Assembly (NCBI GenBank): GCA_044226015.1
Contig: JBGAHS010000001.1
Coordinates: 864,001-928,000 of the forward strand
Length of the DNA: 64,000 nucleotides
Direction of reading: 5' to 3'
Origin: Candidatus Obscuribacteraceae bacterium
Lineage (GTDB): Bacteria > Cyanobacteriota > Vampirovibrionia > Obscuribacterales > Obscuribacteraceae
Shown: positions 61,980-64,000 of the stretch, piece by piece
Layout: every line of letters starts with the position of its first letter
How positions within the stretch are numbered: the first letter of the stretch is position 1
Notes under the pieces: generated by a model
Told to the model about the DNA's origin: nothing
Databases searched by the model: none
Seen by the model: only the letters and a program-made list of their open reading frames with translations
Position numbers and translations under genes: made by a program

Positions 61980-62732
61980 TTGATTAAAAACCAGAACAGT
62001 AAAAACCCAAAAAATCAGGACCTTCCGGTTTTGCCAGAGTCCTTGCAGCACGTTGCTATCATCATGGATGGAAACAGGCGATGGGCTGACAAGAAACATG
62101 TGCCCAGAGTTTGGGGGCACAAGGAAGGCGTTCAGAGTCTTAAAAAACTTGTCAAATATGCCGCAAAGGTAGGACTGAAATACATGACAGTCTACGCTTT
62201 CTCCAGTGAAAACTGGCAGCGGGGGCAAGAAGAGGTCGATTATTTGTTCGAGCTGTTTGCGCGAGTCCTCACCGACGAATTGGAAGAGCTGCATCAAGCA
62301 AACGTCAGATTGCGTTTCATTGGTAAACTCGAAGATATGCCAAAGACTCTGCAGGATGGCTTTGGGCGGGCGATGGAGCTGACTGGAAAAAACAGTGGAC
62401 TGAACCTGCAAGTTGCATTGAATTATGGGTCACGGCTGGAAATTTCAGAGGCTTGCAAGGAAATTGCAGCCCAGGTTGTATCAGGACAAATAAAGCTTGA
62501 AGATATAACACCAGATTTGGTGTCAAAGAATTTGTACACGCGCGACATTCCTGACCCCGATTTGCTTATTCGCACCGGAGGTGAAATGCGCTTGTCCAAT
62601 TATTTGCTCTGGCAAGCTGCCTACACCGAGCTTTACGTGACAGATCTTATGTGGCCTGAATTCAATGAAAATGAATTTGCGAAGGCTATTGCTGATTTTG
62701 CAAATCGCCAGCGTCGTTACGGCGGAAACTAG
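61980..62732 (+). CDS. uppS: Undecaprenyl diphosphate synthase (isoprenyl transferase)
   Basis: HVAIIMDGNRRWA, YAFSSENWQR, ALNYGSR, DPDLLIRTGGEMRLSNYLLWQ, RRYGG. Confidence 0.96.
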   Translation: MIKNQNSKNPKNQDLPVLPESLQHVAIIMDGNRRWADKKHVPRVWGHKEGVQSLKKLVKYAAKVGLKYMTVYAFSSENWQRGQEEVDYLFELFARVLTDELEELHQANVRLRFIGKLEDMPKTLQDGFGRAMELTGKNSGLNLQVALNYGSRLEISEACKEIAAQVVSGQIKLEDITPDLVSKNLYTRDIPDPDLLIRTGGEMRLSNYLLWQAAYTELYVTDLMWPEFNENEFAKAIADFANRQRRYGGN

Positions 62733-62737
62733 GCAGT

Positions 62738-64000
62738 CTATTTAGAACTTTTCTGCTTTGTGCTGCTGGTTGTTTTCGCTTGCACTTGCTTCTTGCTTCC
62801 GCTATCTTGTTTGTCAGTTTTATTGCTTTGCTTATTTGAAGGAGTGTCTTCCGGCGAGCCTTTCTTTGAAGTATCTTCGGTAGTTGGTGGCATTGCATTC
62901 ATTGGCTCGTTGATGTCCACCGATGGTGCTGAAGACTCAGGTGTTGTTGCATTTCCTGAGGGAGTGTCCTTACCTTCTGCTGCAGCTGTGTTGGAGGGTG
63001 CGGCTTGCACCGATTGTGGTGCTTCTTGTGCTTGTGGGGACTCCTGTGACTGCGCGGATCCTCGTGACTGCGCGGATCCTTGTGACTGCGCGGATCCTTG
63101 TGACTGCGCGGATCCTTGTGACTGCGCGGATCCTTGTGACTGCGCGGATCCTTGTGACTGCGCGGATCCTTGTGACTGCGCTGATTCTTGTGACTGCGCG
63201 GATCCTTGTGACTGTGGGGAGCCCTGTGTCTGCGCGGATCCTTGTGCTGCTGTTGAGGATCCCTGTGTTGCTGGTGAGTATCCTTGAGCTGCTGCTGAGG
63301 ACCCCTGTGCTGCTTGCGAGGATCCCTGTGATGCTGTTGAGGATCCCTGTGATGCTGTTGAGGATCCCTGTGCTGATGTTGAGGATCCCTGTGCTGCTGG
63401 TGAGGATCCCGGTGGCGGTGGAGCCGAGTCTTCGGTTTTGTGTTTAGGTTGTTTTTGATGTTTTTGCTTTGTTTGTTTTGCAGGTTTTTGTTGTGCGCTT
63501 TTAGCCTGTTTCGATGACTGTGCTGGTGTTGAAGCTGACTGTGGAGCCACTGGTTGCGATGGTTGGGGCGGCGCCCACTGTCTCTGCTGAAACGGCGTTT
63601 GATACGCCGAATTGTAACCGTTGCCCTGGGGGAGTTGAATTGGAACCTGATCGTCTAATTTGATGGGTAGCATTGTTCCAGCTGATAACTTAAGTTCTGA
63701 ACCTTTCTTAACCAGTGCTGTGACGCCTCCAACGCCTGCACCAATGGCGGTGCCAAACACTGCGCCCATGCCGATGGCTGTTCCCATATTGCCATTCGAA
63801 GTTCCGCCCACGATCGCGCCAAGTGCCGTGCCAACTGCGGCTCCAGAGCCAGCACCTATGCCTGTGGTAACTAATCCCTTTCCAATACGACCAGCTGTGC
63901 TAGATCCAGACATTCGTTGGTCATCTTCATCAACACTAGCTGAGAGCGGAAAGACTCTTCCATCTGGCGTTTCGCATGTGGTAAATTTGATTTCCATCTT
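62738..64000 (-). CDS. C-terminal part of a glycine-zipper-containing protein with a Ser/Gln tandem-repeat tail (5' end outside the window)
   Basis: GAGSGAAVGTALGAIVGG...GTAIGAGVGG glycine zipper, KKGSELKLSAGT, then SQGSAQ / SQGSSTA repeats. Confidence 0.8.
   Translation of the reverse strand, partial: KMEIKFTTCETPDGRVFPLSASVDEDDQRMSGSSTAGRIGKGLVTTGIGAGSGAAVGTALGAIVGGTSNGNMGTAIGMGAVFGTAIGAGVGGVTALVKKGSELKLSAGTMLPIKLDDQVPIQLPQGNGYNSAYQTPFQQRQWAPPQPSQPVAPQSASTPAQSSKQAKSAQQKPAKQTKQKHQKQPKHKTEDSAPPPPGSSPAAQGSSTSAQGSSTASQGSSTASQGSSQAAQGSSAAAQGYSPATQGSSTAAQGSAQTQGSPQSQGSAQSQESAQSQGSAQSQGSAQSQGSAQSQGSAQSQGSAQSQGSAQSRGSAQSQESPQAQEAPQSVQAAPSNTAAAEGKDTPSGNATTPESSAPSVDINEPMNAMPPTTEDTSKKGSPEDTPSNKQSNKTDKQDSGSKKQVQAKTTSSTKQKSSK
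63045..63410. repeat. Coding tandem repeats: 11 x 18 bp followed by 8 x 21 bp
   Basis: TGTGACTGCGCGGATCCT units at 63045-63242 and TGTG(A/C)TGCTGTTGAGGATCCC-like units at 63243-63410; no spacers. Confidence 0.92.

Noticed and set aside
63045..63410. Possible CRISPR array
   Set aside because: Units are head-to-tail with no unique spacers, have lengths that are multiples of 3 inside a CDS, and no cas genes are present.
62760..63447. Cys-rich (CADPCD)n metallothionein-like ORF and (VTARIL)n ORF on the + strand
   Set aside because: Both are alternative-frame readings of the tandem repeat, antisense to a plausible protein, with no convincing RBS.

Overview
A gene-dense bacterial chromosomal segment with no rRNA, tRNA, CRISPR array, integrase or transposase that I could recognise. 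The mix of a cyanobacterial-type BioY, many TPR and secreted hypotheticals, a DUF1574-like SGNH protein and no photosynthesis genes suggests a non-photosynthetic Cyanobacteriota relative (Vampirovibrionia/Melainabacteria, possibly Obscuribacterales); this is inference only. Housekeeping genes include rlmN, secA, tsaB, rimI, bioY, rtcB, mltG, ligA, a thiolase, cysK, addB-addA, yqeG and uppS. The most interesting accessory elements are: (1) an atypical phenylacetyl-CoA catabolic locus, with a stand-alone, separately terminated PaaA/BoxB-like di-iron epoxidase (no paaBCDE) followed by paaK, EthD, an Oah/BadI-like crotonase in place of PaaZ, paaF and paaG, and paaI 16 kb away; (2) an unannotated promoter, 47-codon uORF and intrinsic terminator directly upstream of rtcB, which looks like a translation-sensing attenuator; (3) a ~140-nt structured RNA candidate upstream of a secreted LRR gene; (4) an uncharacterised SWIM-finger + DUF6493-like two-gene module; (5) an MBOAT(FIYFQF)-SGNH-GT-C glycan acylation operon; (6) a plant-MGD1-like glycolipid synthase; (7) a catalytically degenerate SDR-SCP2 fusion. 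All family assignments come from motif recognition by eye, not from database searches.
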